64,000 nucleotides of DNA from Chloroflexota bacterium (lineage in GTDB: Bacteria > Chloroflexota > Dehalococcoidia > UBA2979): positions 59,063-123,062 of the forward strand of contig JAQCIU010000006.1 in assembly GCA_027593235.1 (NCBI GenBank). The letters run 5' to 3'. The notes beneath the pieces were generated by a model that saw nothing but the letters and a program-made list of their open reading frames with translations, was not told the DNA's origin and did not search any database. A program made the translations under genes and the position numbers. Positions 30,830 through 47,540 of this stretch are shown here, one piece after another. Positions within the stretch are counted from its first letter, which is position 1. Every line of letters starts with the position of its first letter.

Positions 30830-30941
30830 CGCGGTCTCCTACTCTTCCCCATCCCGACGGGGGTTCTGTTTCGCGGGCTCTCACCCGCCGATTCAATGAT
30901 CTTGATCGACGCTCAACTCAACGAACCCCAACACGGTTAAC

Positions 30942-31016
30942 TGGAGCCCGCTATGAGAGTTGAACTCATGACCTCGTTCTTACCAAGAACGCGCTCTACC
31001 ACTGAGCTAAGCGGGC
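30942..31016 (-). tRNA. tRNA-Thr(GGT)
   Basis: Cloverleaf GCCCGCT...CGTTC-TTGGTAA-GAACG...GTTCAAC...AGCGGGCTCCA. Confidence 0.96.
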
Positions 31017-31194
31017 CTCGTGAGCCGGGCGCGTGCCGGCCGTCTAGTGTGCCGTTCAGTCGCGCTGCGCGCTACCGGACGTGGTTGATCTTCGCGTCTC
31101 GCTCCTACGTCTGCCCGCTACCCGCGCCTCTCAACGGAGACCCGTACCTCGGGCTGCCCTGCTGAGCTCGTCACTCCGGAGGGGTAATCGGTGA

Positions 31195-31280
31195 TGGTGC
31201 AGGGGGCAGGATTCGAACCTGCGTAGCCGTAAGGCGGCGGATTTACAGTCCGCTGGAATTAGCCACTCTCCCACCCCTGC
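31195..31280 (-). tRNA. tRNA-Tyr(GTA)
   Basis: Anticodon loop CTGTAAA, long variable arm, GTTCGAATC, encoded CCA. Confidence 0.96.
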
Positions 31281-31296
31281 AAGATCCTCCGCGGGT

Positions 31297-31372
31297 TGGA
31301 GCCCGAGAGGGGATTCGAACCCGCTAACCTACCGATTACAAATCGGTTGCGCTGCCATTGCGCCACTCGGGC
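31297..31372 (-). tRNA. tRNA-Thr(TGT)
   Basis: ACCGA-TTTGTAA-TCGGT anticodon arm, GTTCGAATC, encoded CCA. Confidence 0.96.
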
Positions 31373-31460
31373 CGACACCCACTACTACGCCGTCACGAGG
31401 CCGTCACGAGGCTGTAGAGAGCAAGACGCACCCCGATACACGGAGTGCGCACCGCCGATG

Positions 31461-31488
31461 ATTATATCGACACCGATCGAGGGGTCAA
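31461..31488 (-). promoter_or_regulatory. Sigma70-type promoter of the tRNA-tuf operon
   Basis: TTGACC-16 bp-TATAAT. Confidence 0.7.
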
Positions 31489-31599
31489 CGCGGATCCCAC
31501 CAATTCTCGCGCAAATCCGCCCGCAAACGCCAACTCACCCGCCCGCGCCACCCACGAGGCCCGCGCGTCACGCCCCGGAAACCGAGCGCGAACCTCTGC

Positions 31600-33042
<1,443 letters not shown>

Positions 33043-33236
33043 CGCGACCCTCCTCGGACGGCGAAGCGCGGCGAGGCCGACGTCGGCGCAGGCGCGCACG
33101 TCGTCGCCAACTCGCGATAAATCAACAATCGGGGGTGATTCGTGATCGAAGGCAGTCGCCCCATGGGTGGGCTCCGTTCTGGCGGATCGGATGTTGCTGC
33201 AGGAGAGCCGGGCGCGATTGCGTTCGCGTCAGCGGC

Positions 33237-33314
33237 TTACGTACACGTACAGCAACAGCGCCCGTTTCCAGGGCGGTCGGATCGGTCGCTCAGCACGGAA
33301 ATCATCGTTGCCAT
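33237..33314 (-). CDS. Putative Cys-rich leader peptide of cysS (25 aa)
   Basis: MATMISVLSDRSDRPGNGRCCCTCT*, four Cys codons in the last six, immediately upstream of cysS. Confidence 0.7.
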   Translation of the reverse strand: MATMISVLSDRSDRPGNGRCCCTCT

Positions 33315-33321
33315 CGAGCGC

Positions 33322-33807
33322 TTATCGTACACGCTCTTCCACCAGTGCCACCGCCATCGCGGCGATCGCGCGGCCCTCGCCAATCATGCCCATGCCCTCG
33401 TTCGTCGTCGCCTTCACGTTCACCCGATCGATGCCCAGGCTCAGCACCCCCGCCAGCGCCTCCCGCATCGCCTGGATGTGCGGCGCCAGCCGTGGACGTT
33501 CCGCGATCACCGTCACGTCCACGTTCACCACGCTGATCTGCCGCGAAGACAGCAGCCGCGCCACCCGCGTCAGCAACTCGCGGCTATCGATGCCCGCCGT
33601 CTCCGGCTCCCCCGGCGGGAAGTGCTGCCCGATGTCCCCCTCCCCGGCAGCGCCGAGGAGTGCGTCAATCACCGCGTGAATCAGCGAATCCCCGTCCGAG
33701 TGCCCCTTGAGCTGCGGCGTACCCGCGATCTCGATCCCACCCAGCCGCAGTTGGCCGCTCTCGTCCTCCCGGAACGGGTGGATGTCATACCCGAAGCCGA
33801 CCCGCAT
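33322..33807 (-). CDS. ispF: 2-C-methyl-D-erythritol 2,4-cyclodiphosphate synthase
   Basis: GFGYDIH, GHSDGD, DIGQHFP, NVKATT. Confidence 0.97.
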   Translation of the reverse strand: MRVGFGYDIHPFREDESGQLRLGGIEIAGTPQLKGHSDGDSLIHAVIDALLGAAGEGDIGQHFPPGEPETAGIDSRELLTRVARLLSSRQISVVNVDVTVIAERPRLAPHIQAMREALAGVLSLGIDRVNVKATTNEGMGMIGEGRAIAAMAVALVEERVR

Positions 33808-34493
33808 TAGCCGTCTCCTCTCACCCGGGCAGCCAGCAACGCGCGCGCAAGCGCCAGATCGAACGGCCCGGTCACCTTGAAGTTGGCGGGGTCGCCGTCC
33901 ACCACCATCACCGTGCCGCCGTCCGCCTCGATCATCGCCGCGTCGTCCGTCACATCCGCCTGCGCCATCGCGTGCGCCGCGCGCAGCCGGCCCGCGTTGA
34001 ACCCCTGTGGCGTCTGCGCCGCGCGCACCGTGCTGCGATCGATCGTCGCCAGCACCCGCCCGTCCTCGTCGATGCGCTTCAGCGTGTCCACGACCGGCAC
34101 CACCGGTACCGCTGCCCCATGTTCGCGCGCCGCCTCAAGCACCCGCGCGCACAACTCCGGCGTCACCAGTGGGCGCGCCCCGTCGTGCACCAGCACCCAG
34201 TTCGCCTCCTGCGCCGCAGCCAGGCCCGCCGCCACCGAGTCCTGGCGACGCGTCCCGCCGGCCACGCACCGCACCTCCAGCCCCTCGCGCTCCGGAACCA
34301 GGCTCGCCAGCCGCTCGTGCAGCACCAGCGGTGCAACGATCACCAGCACATCCAGCTCCGGCAGATCGGCCACACCCCGCAGCGCGCGCTCGATCACCGA
34401 CGCCCCGTCCAGATCCGCCCAGAGCTTGTCCTGCCCACCCATCCGGGTCGAACGCCCCGCCGCCAGTACGATCGCCGCAACGATGTCGCTCAT
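33807..34493 (-). CDS. ispD: 2-C-methyl-D-erythritol 4-phosphate cytidylyltransferase
   Basis: LAAGRSTRM, RQDSV, VHDGARP, QTPQGF, TDDA. Confidence 0.96.
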   Translation of the reverse strand: MSDIVAAIVLAAGRSTRMGGQDKLWADLDGASVIERALRGVADLPELDVLVIVAPLVLHERLASLVPEREGLEVRCVAGGTRRQDSVAAGLAAAQEANWVLVHDGARPLVTPELCARVLEAAREHGAAVPVVPVVDTLKRIDEDGRVLATIDRSTVRAAQTPQGFNAGRLRAAHAMAQADVTDDAAMIEADGGTVMVVDGDPANFKVTGPFDLALARALLAARVRGDG

Positions 34494-34709
34494 CCACCGA
34501 TTCTACGGTTGACCGCCCGGACCGTCTGACTGTCGCGATCGCTTCCCCCGCCCATCGCTCGAGGGCCGGCCCCCGCCCGCACAAAGGCTCGCGTCTTGTC
34601 CGCGCCTCCGCCGCGCCTCTACCCTCGAACCTGCCCTCGCGGCCTTGCCCGCGGGCGAACCAGGCGGATCGGCGCGCACGCGCCTCCGCGAACCATCGGA
34701 GCCCCGGCG

Positions 34710-36845
34710 ATGACAAGCCTCTACGAGTCGCTGATCTCCCGGGTCGAACGCCCCGCCCGCTACGCCGGCGGCGAACTCAACTCGATCGTCAAGGACTGGG
34801 ACCAGCACGACCTCCGCGTCGCGCTCGCCTACCCCGACCTCTACGACCTCGGCATGTCCAACCTCGGCCTGATGATCCTCTACGACATCATCAACCGCCG
34901 CGACGACGCCCTCGCCGAACGCGCCTTCAGCCCGTGGACCGATTTCGAGGAGCTGCTGCGCCAGCACGAGGAGCCACTCCGCTCGCTCGAGACGAAGCAC
35001 GCGCTGCGCGACTTCGATGTCCTCGGCATCACGCTCCAGTACGAGGCCTGCTACTCCAACGTCCTCAACATGCTCGACCTCGGTGGCATCGCGATCCGCA
35101 CCGCGGACCGCGCCGACGACGAGACGATCGTCATCGCCGGCGGATCGGGCGCGCTCGAGCCCGAGCCGCTCGCGCCGTTCATCGACGCGTTCGCCCTCGG
35201 CGAGGGCGAAGAGGTGATCCGCGATATCTGCGACGCGATCGCGGAGTGGAAGCGGAACGGCGGCGGCCCGCGCGCCGACCTGCACCGCCGCCTCGCGCGC
35301 ATCGAGGGCGTCTACGTACCCTCGCTCTACACCGTCAGCTACAAGGACGACGGCACGATCGACAAGATCGAGCCGATCGACGACGCCGCTCCCGGCCGCG
35401 TCACCCGCCGCGTCGTGCAGGTCCTCGAGCCAACGTTGACCAAGCCAATCGTCCCCTACATGGAGGTCGTCCACGACCGCGCCACGATCGAGATCCAGCG
35501 CGGCTGCACCCAGGGCTGCCGCTTCTGCCAGGCCGGGATGATCTACCGCCCCAGCCGCGAACGCACCGTCGAGGAAGTCGTGACCGCGGCCGGCGAATTG
35601 CTCGCCAACACCGGGTACGACGAGCTGTCGTTGATGTCGCTCTCGACCACCGACCACTCCGAGATCGCGCCGATGGTCCACGCGCTCATCGACGCCTACG
35701 GCGACCGCGGGCTGAAGATCAGCATCCCCTCCACCCGCGTCGACTCCTTCTCCGTCGAGATTGCGGAAGCCGTCGCGCGCGGCAAGAAGCACACCCTCAC
35801 CCTCGCCCCCGAGGCGGGCTCGCAGCGCCTCCGCAACACCATCAGCAAACTCGTCTCCGAGGCCGACATCCTCACCGCCGTCGAGAACGCCTTCGCCGGC
35901 GGTTGGACCTCGATCAAGATGTACTTCATGGTCGGCCAGCCCACCGAGACCGATCACGACGTCGAGGAGATCGTGCGGCTCGCCGCCGAGGTGAAGCGCA
36001 TCGGTCGCAAGCACGTTGGCAAGCGAGCCCGCGTGCGCGTCTCCACCAGCAACTTCATCCCCAAGGCGCACACGCCGTATCAGTGGGTCGCCCAGTGCGA
36101 CTCCGAAACGCTCCGCCGTCGCCACCAGATCCTCCGCGGCGGCTGCCGCGAACTCGGGGTCCAGTTCACATGGGAAGACCCGGAAAAGTCCCTGCTCGAA
36201 GCGGTGCTCTCGAGGGGCGACCGCCGCGTGGCCGACGTCGTCGAGGCCGCCTGGCGCAAGGGCGCGCGGTTCGACGCGTGGTCGGAGCACCACGACTGGT
36301 CGCTGTGGAACGAGGCCTTCGAGGAGTGCGGCGTCGATCCCGCCTTCCACGCCTACCGCGCCCGCGAACTCTGGGAGACGCTCCCCTGGTCGCAGATCCA
36401 CGGCGGCACCGAAGCCAGCTACCTCCGCGGCGAGTGGCTCAAGACCCTCGAGCAAGAGATCACGCTCGACTGCAAACGCGACCCCTGCAACGTCTGCGGC
36501 ATGCAGAACTTCGACGCCGACTGCAAGGTCAAAATCGCCGACCTCGTCCAGATGAAGGTCGACGACAACCCGGTCCAGAAGGAACGCCTGATGCAGGAGC
36601 GCGAGCGCCTGCTGGTCGCCCTCAACCCGGTCGAGGCCGGCATCCAGATCAACCCGCGCCCGATGGCCGCCGGCCTTTCGCCGCGCCTGATGCCCGTCAA
36701 GACCGCCGGCGACCAGCCGGGCCTCCCCACCTCGGGAGGCCGAAACGATGCCGGGGCACTCGCCCGGCAAGACGGTCCCGGTACGAATCGGACAGCCCTG
36801 AAGCTTGGGCTGTCCCACCTGCCCTCGATGGGAGCCGCCCGGTGA
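34710..36845 (+). CDS. TIGR03960-type B12-binding radical SAM protein
   Basis: PARYAGGE, YPDLYDLGMSNLG, CTQGCRFC, APEAGSQRLR, FIPKAHTPYQW, C-terminal CxxxPCxxCG. Confidence 0.9.
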   Translation: MTSLYESLISRVERPARYAGGELNSIVKDWDQHDLRVALAYPDLYDLGMSNLGLMILYDIINRRDDALAERAFSPWTDFEELLRQHEEPLRSLETKHALRDFDVLGITLQYEACYSNVLNMLDLGGIAIRTADRADDETIVIAGGSGALEPEPLAPFIDAFALGEGEEVIRDICDAIAEWKRNGGGPRADLHRRLARIEGVYVPSLYTVSYKDDGTIDKIEPIDDAAPGRVTRRVVQVLEPTLTKPIVPYMEVVHDRATIEIQRGCTQGCRFCQAGMIYRPSRERTVEEVVTAAGELLANTGYDELSLMSLSTTDHSEIAPMVHALIDAYGDRGLKISIPSTRVDSFSVEIAEAVARGKKHTLTLAPEAGSQRLRNTISKLVSEADILTAVENAFAGGWTSIKMYFMVGQPTETDHDVEEIVRLAAEVKRIGRKHVGKRARVRVSTSNFIPKAHTPYQWVAQCDSETLRRRHQILRGGCRELGVQFTWEDPEKSLLEAVLSRGDRRVADVVEAAWRKGARFDAWSEHHDWSLWNEAFEECGVDPAFHAYRARELWETLPWSQIHGGTEASYLRGEWLKTLEQEITLDCKRDPCNVCGMQNFDADCKVKIADLVQMKVDDNPVQKERLMQERERLLVALNPVEAGIQINPRPMAAGLSPRLMPVKTAGDQPGLPTSGGRNDAGALARQDGPGTNRTALKLGLSHLPSMGAAR

Positions 36846-37027
36846 ATCTCATCCTCGCGCTCATCCCAATCGTGCTCCTCGCGGTCGCCTTCTCGTTCTA
36901 TTGCCTGAACATCCTCAGGCACGAAGGTTCCGCCAACCTGCCTCCGGCACTGTGGGTCGTCGTCATCGTGCTGTCCCAACCGGCCGGTGGCATCGCCTAC
37001 CTCGCGGCCGGGCGACCGCGCCGGTGA
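36842..37027 (+). CDS. PLDc N-terminal-domain small membrane protein (YxlE-like)
   Basis: GTG start; 'LWVVVIVLSQPAGGIAYLAAGR'; GTGA overlaps on both sides. Confidence 0.8.
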   Translation: MNLILALIPIVLLAVAFSFYCLNILRHEGSANLPPALWVVVIVLSQPAGGIAYLAAGRPRR

Positions 37028-37920
37028 TCACATCCGCGCTCGCGGTCGAAACCTCTGGATTGTCGAAACGCTACGACGGTCACATCGCCGTCGACCAGGT
37101 CGACCTCAGAGTCGAACGCGGTAGCGTCTACGGCCTCGTGGGACCCAATGGCTCGGGTAAGACCACCACGCTCTCGATGCTCGCCGGCCTGCGTCGCCCA
37201 ACCGCCGGCACGATCGACCTCCAGATCGACCGCGCCGCGCTCGCGCTGCTTCCCGACACGCCCGAGTTCGAACCCTGGCTCACCGGCCGCGAGGTCGTTG
37301 ACCTCGCGAGGGCACTGGTCGCACCCCGCCTCCCCATCTCCCGGGTGCAAGACGCACTCGACGAGGCCGGGCTGAGCGATGCCGCGGACCGCCGTACCGG
37401 CGGCTTCTCACGCGGCATGCTCCAGCGCCTCGGCGTCGCGTCCACCCTCGTCGGTGATCCGGAGCTGCTGCTGCTCGACGAGCCGTGCTCCGCGCTCGAC
37501 CCGGTCGGGCGACGGGAGGTGCTCGATCTCGTCGCCCGCCAACGAGGACGGCGTACCGCGATCTTCTCCAGCCACATCCTCGCCGACGTTCATGAGATCT
37601 GCGACACCATCGGCGTCATGCGCGAGGGCCGCCTGATCTACCAGGGCCCGCTCGCCGACCTGCTGACCGGCGCCGCCACGCCGGCGATCCTGGTCCGGCT
37701 GCGCGGCAACGACCCCCGCGTCGTCGAGCAGCTCGAGCGCCAGTCCTGGATCCGCAGCGTCACCACGCTCGCCGACGGCGAGTTGCGCATCGAGGTCGAG
37801 TCCTCCGAGGCCGCCGAACGAGGCCTTGCCGGCGCGCTCGCCGAGGCGGGCGCCATCGTCATCAGCCTCCGCCCGGAGGAAGCGTCCCTCGAGCGAGCGT
37901 TCCTGGAGCTGACGCGATGA
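37024..37920 (+). CDS. ABC transporter ATP-binding protein
   Basis: GPNGSGKTT, FSRGMLQR, LLLDEP, SSH. Confidence 0.95.
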   Translation: MITSALAVETSGLSKRYDGHIAVDQVDLRVERGSVYGLVGPNGSGKTTTLSMLAGLRRPTAGTIDLQIDRAALALLPDTPEFEPWLTGREVVDLARALVAPRLPISRVQDALDEAGLSDAADRRTGGFSRGMLQRLGVASTLVGDPELLLLDEPCSALDPVGRREVLDLVARQRGRRTAIFSSHILADVHEICDTIGVMREGRLIYQGPLADLLTGAATPAILVRLRGNDPRVVEQLERQSWIRSVTTLADGELRIEVESSEAAERGLAGALAEAGAIVISLRPEEASLERAFLELTR

Positions 37921-38669
37921 CCCTCGCGCGACTCGAGTGGTTCCGGCTCCGCCGCACCTGGCGCGGCCCGGTGCTCCTCGTGATCTTCCTGTTCTTCGGC
38001 CTGGTGGGGCCGCTCACCGCCCGCTATATCGCGGACATCTTCGACCGCTTCGGCGGCAGCGAAATCCAGGTCATCGTCCCGGACCCGGTGCCGGCGGACG
38101 GCCTCATCCAGTACCTCGGCAACGTCCACCAGATCGGATTGCTGGTCGTGATCGTGGTCGCGGCCAGCGGCCTCGCCTTCGACGCCAGTCCTGACGTCGC
38201 CGCCTTCTTCCGCACCCGCGTCTCATCGATCGGGCGGCTCGTGCTGACGAGGGCCGCGATCTACGTCGTCGCGGCAAGCGCCGCCTTCATCGCCGGCGCG
38301 CTTGCTGCTTGGTACGAGACGATCGTGCTCATCGGTTCGTTGCCGATCGCGGAGATGATCGGCGGCATGTTCCTCGGCGTCGGCTACTACGCCTTCGTCA
38401 TCGCGGTCGTGGCACTCAGCTCCAGCATCGCCCGCTCCACGCTCGCCGTCAGCGCCCTCGCCTTCGGAGTCACGGTCGTTGACCAGGTGCTCTGGGGCCT
38501 CCTCCCACCGCTGGAACGCTGGTCGCCGGCGCGTCTCGCGTTCGCGCTTTCCGACCTCACCGAGGGCGCGGACTTGATCGACTACCTGCCAACCCTGGCG
38601 TCCACCGCCGTGCTCACCGCACTGCTGCTGGCGGTCGCGATCCGGCTGCTCGAGCGCCGCGAGGTGTGA
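37917..38669 (+). CDS. ABC-2 type permease (YxlG-like)
   Basis: About six TM helices, follows ABC ATPase with ATGA overlap. Confidence 0.88.
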   Translation: MTLARLEWFRLRRTWRGPVLLVIFLFFGLVGPLTARYIADIFDRFGGSEIQVIVPDPVPADGLIQYLGNVHQIGLLVVIVVAASGLAFDASPDVAAFFRTRVSSIGRLVLTRAAIYVVAASAAFIAGALAAWYETIVLIGSLPIAEMIGGMFLGVGYYAFVIAVVALSSSIARSTLAVSALAFGVTVVDQVLWGLLPPLERWSPARLAFALSDLTEGADLIDYLPTLASTAVLTALLLAVAIRLLERREV

Positions 38670-38753
38670 CCCGGCGAGCGAGGACGGCTCGCCCCCGCCC
38701 ACCCGCCGCAACCACACGCCCAGGCGCGAAGCGTCGAGGTGGGTCGAAGACCC

Positions 38754-40013
<1,260 letters not shown>

Positions 40014-40139
40014 TGATGAAGACTCCTTGTAGGTAGGCGCACGCGAACCGCGTGGTCAGCCTGGATTCGAGCGTATCGCCCCAAACTGAAGGGCGCGTGA
40101 CGAACACCACACCATCAGCTGCGCCGCCGCTACACCCGC

Positions 40140-40155
40140 CGCTTCACGTGAAACA
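40140..40155. other. parS-like site
   Basis: CGCTTCACGTGAAACA, 14/16 match to TGTTTCACGTGAAACA, intergenic. Confidence 0.4.
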
Positions 40156-40284
40156 GGTACTCCACACGATCGAGGTGATGGTGATCAGTGCGTGGGCGTT
40201 CGTGCGCCGCCCCCACCCCCGAGGGCGAACACACCCCCGAGGTAACCCCACCCCGCCCGAAGGCCATCGCGCGCCGAAGGCGCC

Positions 40285-41439
40285 TTAGAGGCGGAAGCGG
40301 GTGGTCCACATCGCCTGGATCGGCTCCGCGGCCGCGCCGTTCGCCACGTACTCGTGGTACGCGCAGACGATCGTGCCATCCTCGAGTTGCACCACGCTCG
40401 GGTACCCCGTGTGCCAGTACATCGCCACCGAGGGGTCGGCGAACCCGCCGCTCCGGATCACGAACTCGTTCTCGAGGTCCCAGCTCAGCCCGTCCTCGGA
40501 CACGCACCCGCGCACGCCGTCCGGCTCCTTGCGGTACCCGTAGACCGCGAGCACCCGGCCGTCCTGCAGCTGGATCAGATCCGGCGGGAAGCCCCAGAGC
40601 GCCGTCCGTTTTGGCGGCGCCCAGCTCGCCCCGTCATCCTCGGAGTGGGTCAGCCACATATTGTCGTTGCGGCTCGGCTTCACGCTGGTCCGCATCATCG
40701 AGACCAGCGTGCCGTTGGCCAGTCGTGTCAGCCCCTGCTCAGCCCAGCCGAGGATGTGCCCCGGGTCGTAGCCGACCGTCGACCAGTACTCCCAGTTCGC
40801 GCCGCCATCGTCCGATCGCAGCGCGAAACAACGCAGCGTCTCGCCCTCGCGGCCCTGGAACTCGCGGCTGATCGAGCCGTGCAGCGGCATCAACAAACCG
40901 CCGTCCGGCAACTCCACGATGTGCCCCGCGCCGGATCCACCCACCGAGTACGCCATCAGGCCCTCGGCCGCGATCGGCGCCGTGTTCACCGGCACCGCGT
41001 CGCCCCACGTGGCGCCGAGGTCGTCCGAGCGCAGGATCGCGTATCCCGTCTGCCGCTTCAGCCGTTCCGGCTTGCCGGGCGGCGGCGCCAGCAACGTCTG
41101 ATCCGCGCCGTCCTTCAGCGCGCTCGGCGCGATGAAGCTGCACACCCGCGTGTGCATCAGGATCGCGCCATCCGAGGTCTGCGCAAACGCGCAGTCCCAG
41201 TTCCCGCCGTACTCGGTCCATGGCCACACCACCTGGAACGTCGATGCGTCCCACGACCGGCCGCCGTCGCTTGATCGCACGAAACAGGACTGCCCGCTAT
41301 CCGAGTGGATCAGCCCGCGTTCCTGGTTGAACCCCAGCAGCAACTCACCGTTCGACAGCTTGATGATGCTGCCCTGGTTACAAGCGTGCTCCGGGTCCTG
41401 GTAGGCGAGGACGTGCTCCACGTCCGTGGGCGTGATCAT
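40285..41439 (-). CDS. BNR/Asp-box beta-propeller (sialidase-like) protein
   Basis: Five Asp-boxes (SSDGGRSW, SDDLGATW, SDDGGANW, SEDDGASW, SEDGLSW); GYPS; no signal peptide. Confidence 0.85.
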   Translation of the reverse strand: MITPTDVEHVLAYQDPEHACNQGSIIKLSNGELLLGFNQERGLIHSDSGQSCFVRSSDGGRSWDASTFQVVWPWTEYGGNWDCAFAQTSDGAILMHTRVCSFIAPSALKDGADQTLLAPPPGKPERLKRQTGYAILRSDDLGATWGDAVPVNTAPIAAEGLMAYSVGGSGAGHIVELPDGGLLMPLHGSISREFQGREGETLRCFALRSDDGGANWEYWSTVGYDPGHILGWAEQGLTRLANGTLVSMMRTSVKPSRNDNMWLTHSEDDGASWAPPKRTALWGFPPDLIQLQDGRVLAVYGYRKEPDGVRGCVSEDGLSWDLENEFVIRSGGFADPSVAMYWHTGYPSVVQLEDGTIVCAYHEYVANGAAAEPIQAMWTTRFRL

Positions 41440-41509
41440 CGGAGGTTCCGTTCCCGCGTGCGCGACCGTGGTCGAGCGGGATGATACGCAGGAACGGAAC
41501 TCCCCTTGA

Positions 41510-42397
41510 TTAACCGCCGATGTAGCCGTGGTGTTCCGCGATGTGGTCGTAGCCTTCCGCCGAGACGCTCGCCTCCATCTCCTCGGTCCAACGCTCCGCC
41601 GCCGTCGAGGCGATCAACCGCGCCCGCGCGCCGAACGCGCGCAACGCCCGCGATCGCACCGCATCGAGGTCCAGCGACCGGTCCTCCGACGCCCAGCGCT
41701 CGTTCACCACGTCGTCCGCCTCGTCGATCGACGGTGCCGGACGTCCGTCACGCGCCGCCTCGAACGTTGCAACCTCGTGCTCCGTCCAGCGCGCGAAGTG
41801 GCCGAACACCTCGCGGCTCGTCCAATCCGGCGACTCCGGGTCGTGCAACGCCTCGCCCGGACGGGCATCGAGGGCAGCAACGAAGGGCACCCACGCCGCT
41901 CGATCCCGCTCCAACCGCGCGAGGGCGCTCGGCGGCGACGCCACGCCGGCCGCCTCCACCACGTACTGGAGGTGCTCCAGCACGTGCTCGACACCGTTTC
42001 CGCTCGCGTACGCCGCGATGTACCGATTCCAGCGTGGCTCTTCCACGTCGGCGATCAACCCGCGCAGCTGGCCCCACGCCTCGAGGGCACGCGACCGCGC
42101 CGCCTCCAGATCGAGCGCCCGATCCTCCTCGATCCAGGCGAGGTTGAACTGATCGCCGCCACCGTCGTAGTCGTGGATGTCGCGCTCACCGCTGAGGTGA
42201 CGGCGAATCAGCTCCGCTGAGACGCCCAGCCACCGCCCGACGTGGCCCCAGACGTCGGCGGCGGTCCATTCGTGCGCGTCGTCGCCGTGCAACGTGACCC
42301 GATCCGCGCTCTCCAGTGTCACGGACAGCTCCGCCAGCGCCGCATCCGTTCCCGCGATGATCGTTCGTGCCGCTTCAGTCCGTGCCGTGGTCACCAT
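41510..42397 (-). CDS. Tandem DinB/ClbS-like four-helix-bundle protein
   Basis: Two copies of WT..(D/E)V.GH..RW...N..W..EDR.LDL...H..EH; start MVTTA after GGAGAAG. Confidence 0.75.
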   Translation of the reverse strand: MVTTARTEAARTIIAGTDAALAELSVTLESADRVTLHGDDAHEWTAADVWGHVGRWLGVSAELIRRHLSGERDIHDYDGGGDQFNLAWIEEDRALDLEAARSRALEAWGQLRGLIADVEEPRWNRYIAAYASGNGVEHVLEHLQYVVEAAGVASPPSALARLERDRAAWVPFVAALDARPGEALHDPESPDWTSREVFGHFARWTEHEVATFEAARDGRPAPSIDEADDVVNERWASEDRSLDLDAVRSRALRAFGARARLIASTAAERWTEEMEASVSAEGYDHIAEHHGYIGG

Positions 42398-42515
42398 CTG
42401 CTCTTCTCCGCCACCATCTATCTGCTGTTTAGTGGTATCGCTACCAGTATTCGCTGTTTTACTAGTGGCGACTGAACCAGTCAAGTCCCGAATGCCAGTG
42501 ATGTAAACTGAGCGC

Positions 42516-43058
42516 ATGGACCGAGCCGATGAGCGCCTGTTCTTCAAGTTCCTCAACAGTCACCACTACGACGACGCGATCGACGACTGGTTCGTCACCC
42601 CGCAGCTCTTCGAGCGCTGGCTGACCGAGCAGAACGTCGCCGAGAGCGGCCTGATCGAGGTCAAAGCCGACGACGTGGCGTTCGCCCTCGAGGCCCGCGA
42701 CGCCCTCAACGCGCTGATCGACGCTCCCACCGCGCGAAACACCGCCCAGCTCGACGTGATCGCGCGCCGCCTCTCGCTCCACGCGCGCTTCACCGAGGCC
42801 GGGTCGCACCTCGAGCCCGCCGCCGCCGGCATCCCCGGCCTCGTCGCGCGCGTCCTCGGACTCACGCACGACGCGATGCGCGACGGCACGTGGGAGCGGC
42901 TCAGCCGCTGCAACAACAACGGCTGCCAGTGGGCCTTCCTCGATCGCTCCAAGAATCGCTCGCGCCGCTGGTGCGACATGAATAGCTGCGGCACGCAGGC
43001 CAAGTCCCGCGCCTACCGCGCCCGCCAACGCCAACTCCGCGAACGCATTAGCCCCTAG
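42516..43058 (+). CDS. CGNR zinc-finger / ABATE-domain regulator
   Basis: FLNS, 'WERLSRCNNNGCQWAFLDRSKNRSRRWCDMNSCG'. Confidence 0.9.
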   Translation: MDRADERLFFKFLNSHHYDDAIDDWFVTPQLFERWLTEQNVAESGLIEVKADDVAFALEARDALNALIDAPTARNTAQLDVIARRLSLHARFTEAGSHLEPAAAGIPGLVARVLGLTHDAMRDGTWERLSRCNNNGCQWAFLDRSKNRSRRWCDMNSCGTQAKSRAYRARQRQLRERISP

Positions 43059-43140
43059 CTCGTGGGCCCCGCGCGACGAACGCCGCGCCCCACTCCACCG
43101 TCGCCGATCCAGCCTCGCAGCTGGCCGAACCCCAGGATCG

Positions 43141-43166
43141 AACAAGGGGGCCTTTCGGCCCCCTTG
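43141..43166. terminator. Terminator hairpin downstream of rpoC
   Basis: CAAGGGGGCC-GAAA-GGCCCCCTTG (minus strand) between convergent genes. Confidence 0.75.
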
Positions 43167-43190
43167 CGTAAGTTCGACTGAGGTCGAGAA

Positions 43191-47532
<4,342 letters not shown>

Positions 47533-47540
<8 letters not shown>

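Noticed and set aside
31017-31194. Expected tRNA-Gly between tRNA-Tyr and tRNA-Thr
   Set aside because: No T-loop or cloverleaf recognisable in the 178-bp spacer
33043-33321. T-box riboswitch for cysS
   Set aside because: No AAGGTGGNACC T-box motif or terminator/antiterminator found; the leader peptide explains the region better
34007-37027. 1006-aa Arg/Pro-rich ORF
   Set aside because: Off-frame shadow; only its last 61 codons (PLDc_N protein) look real
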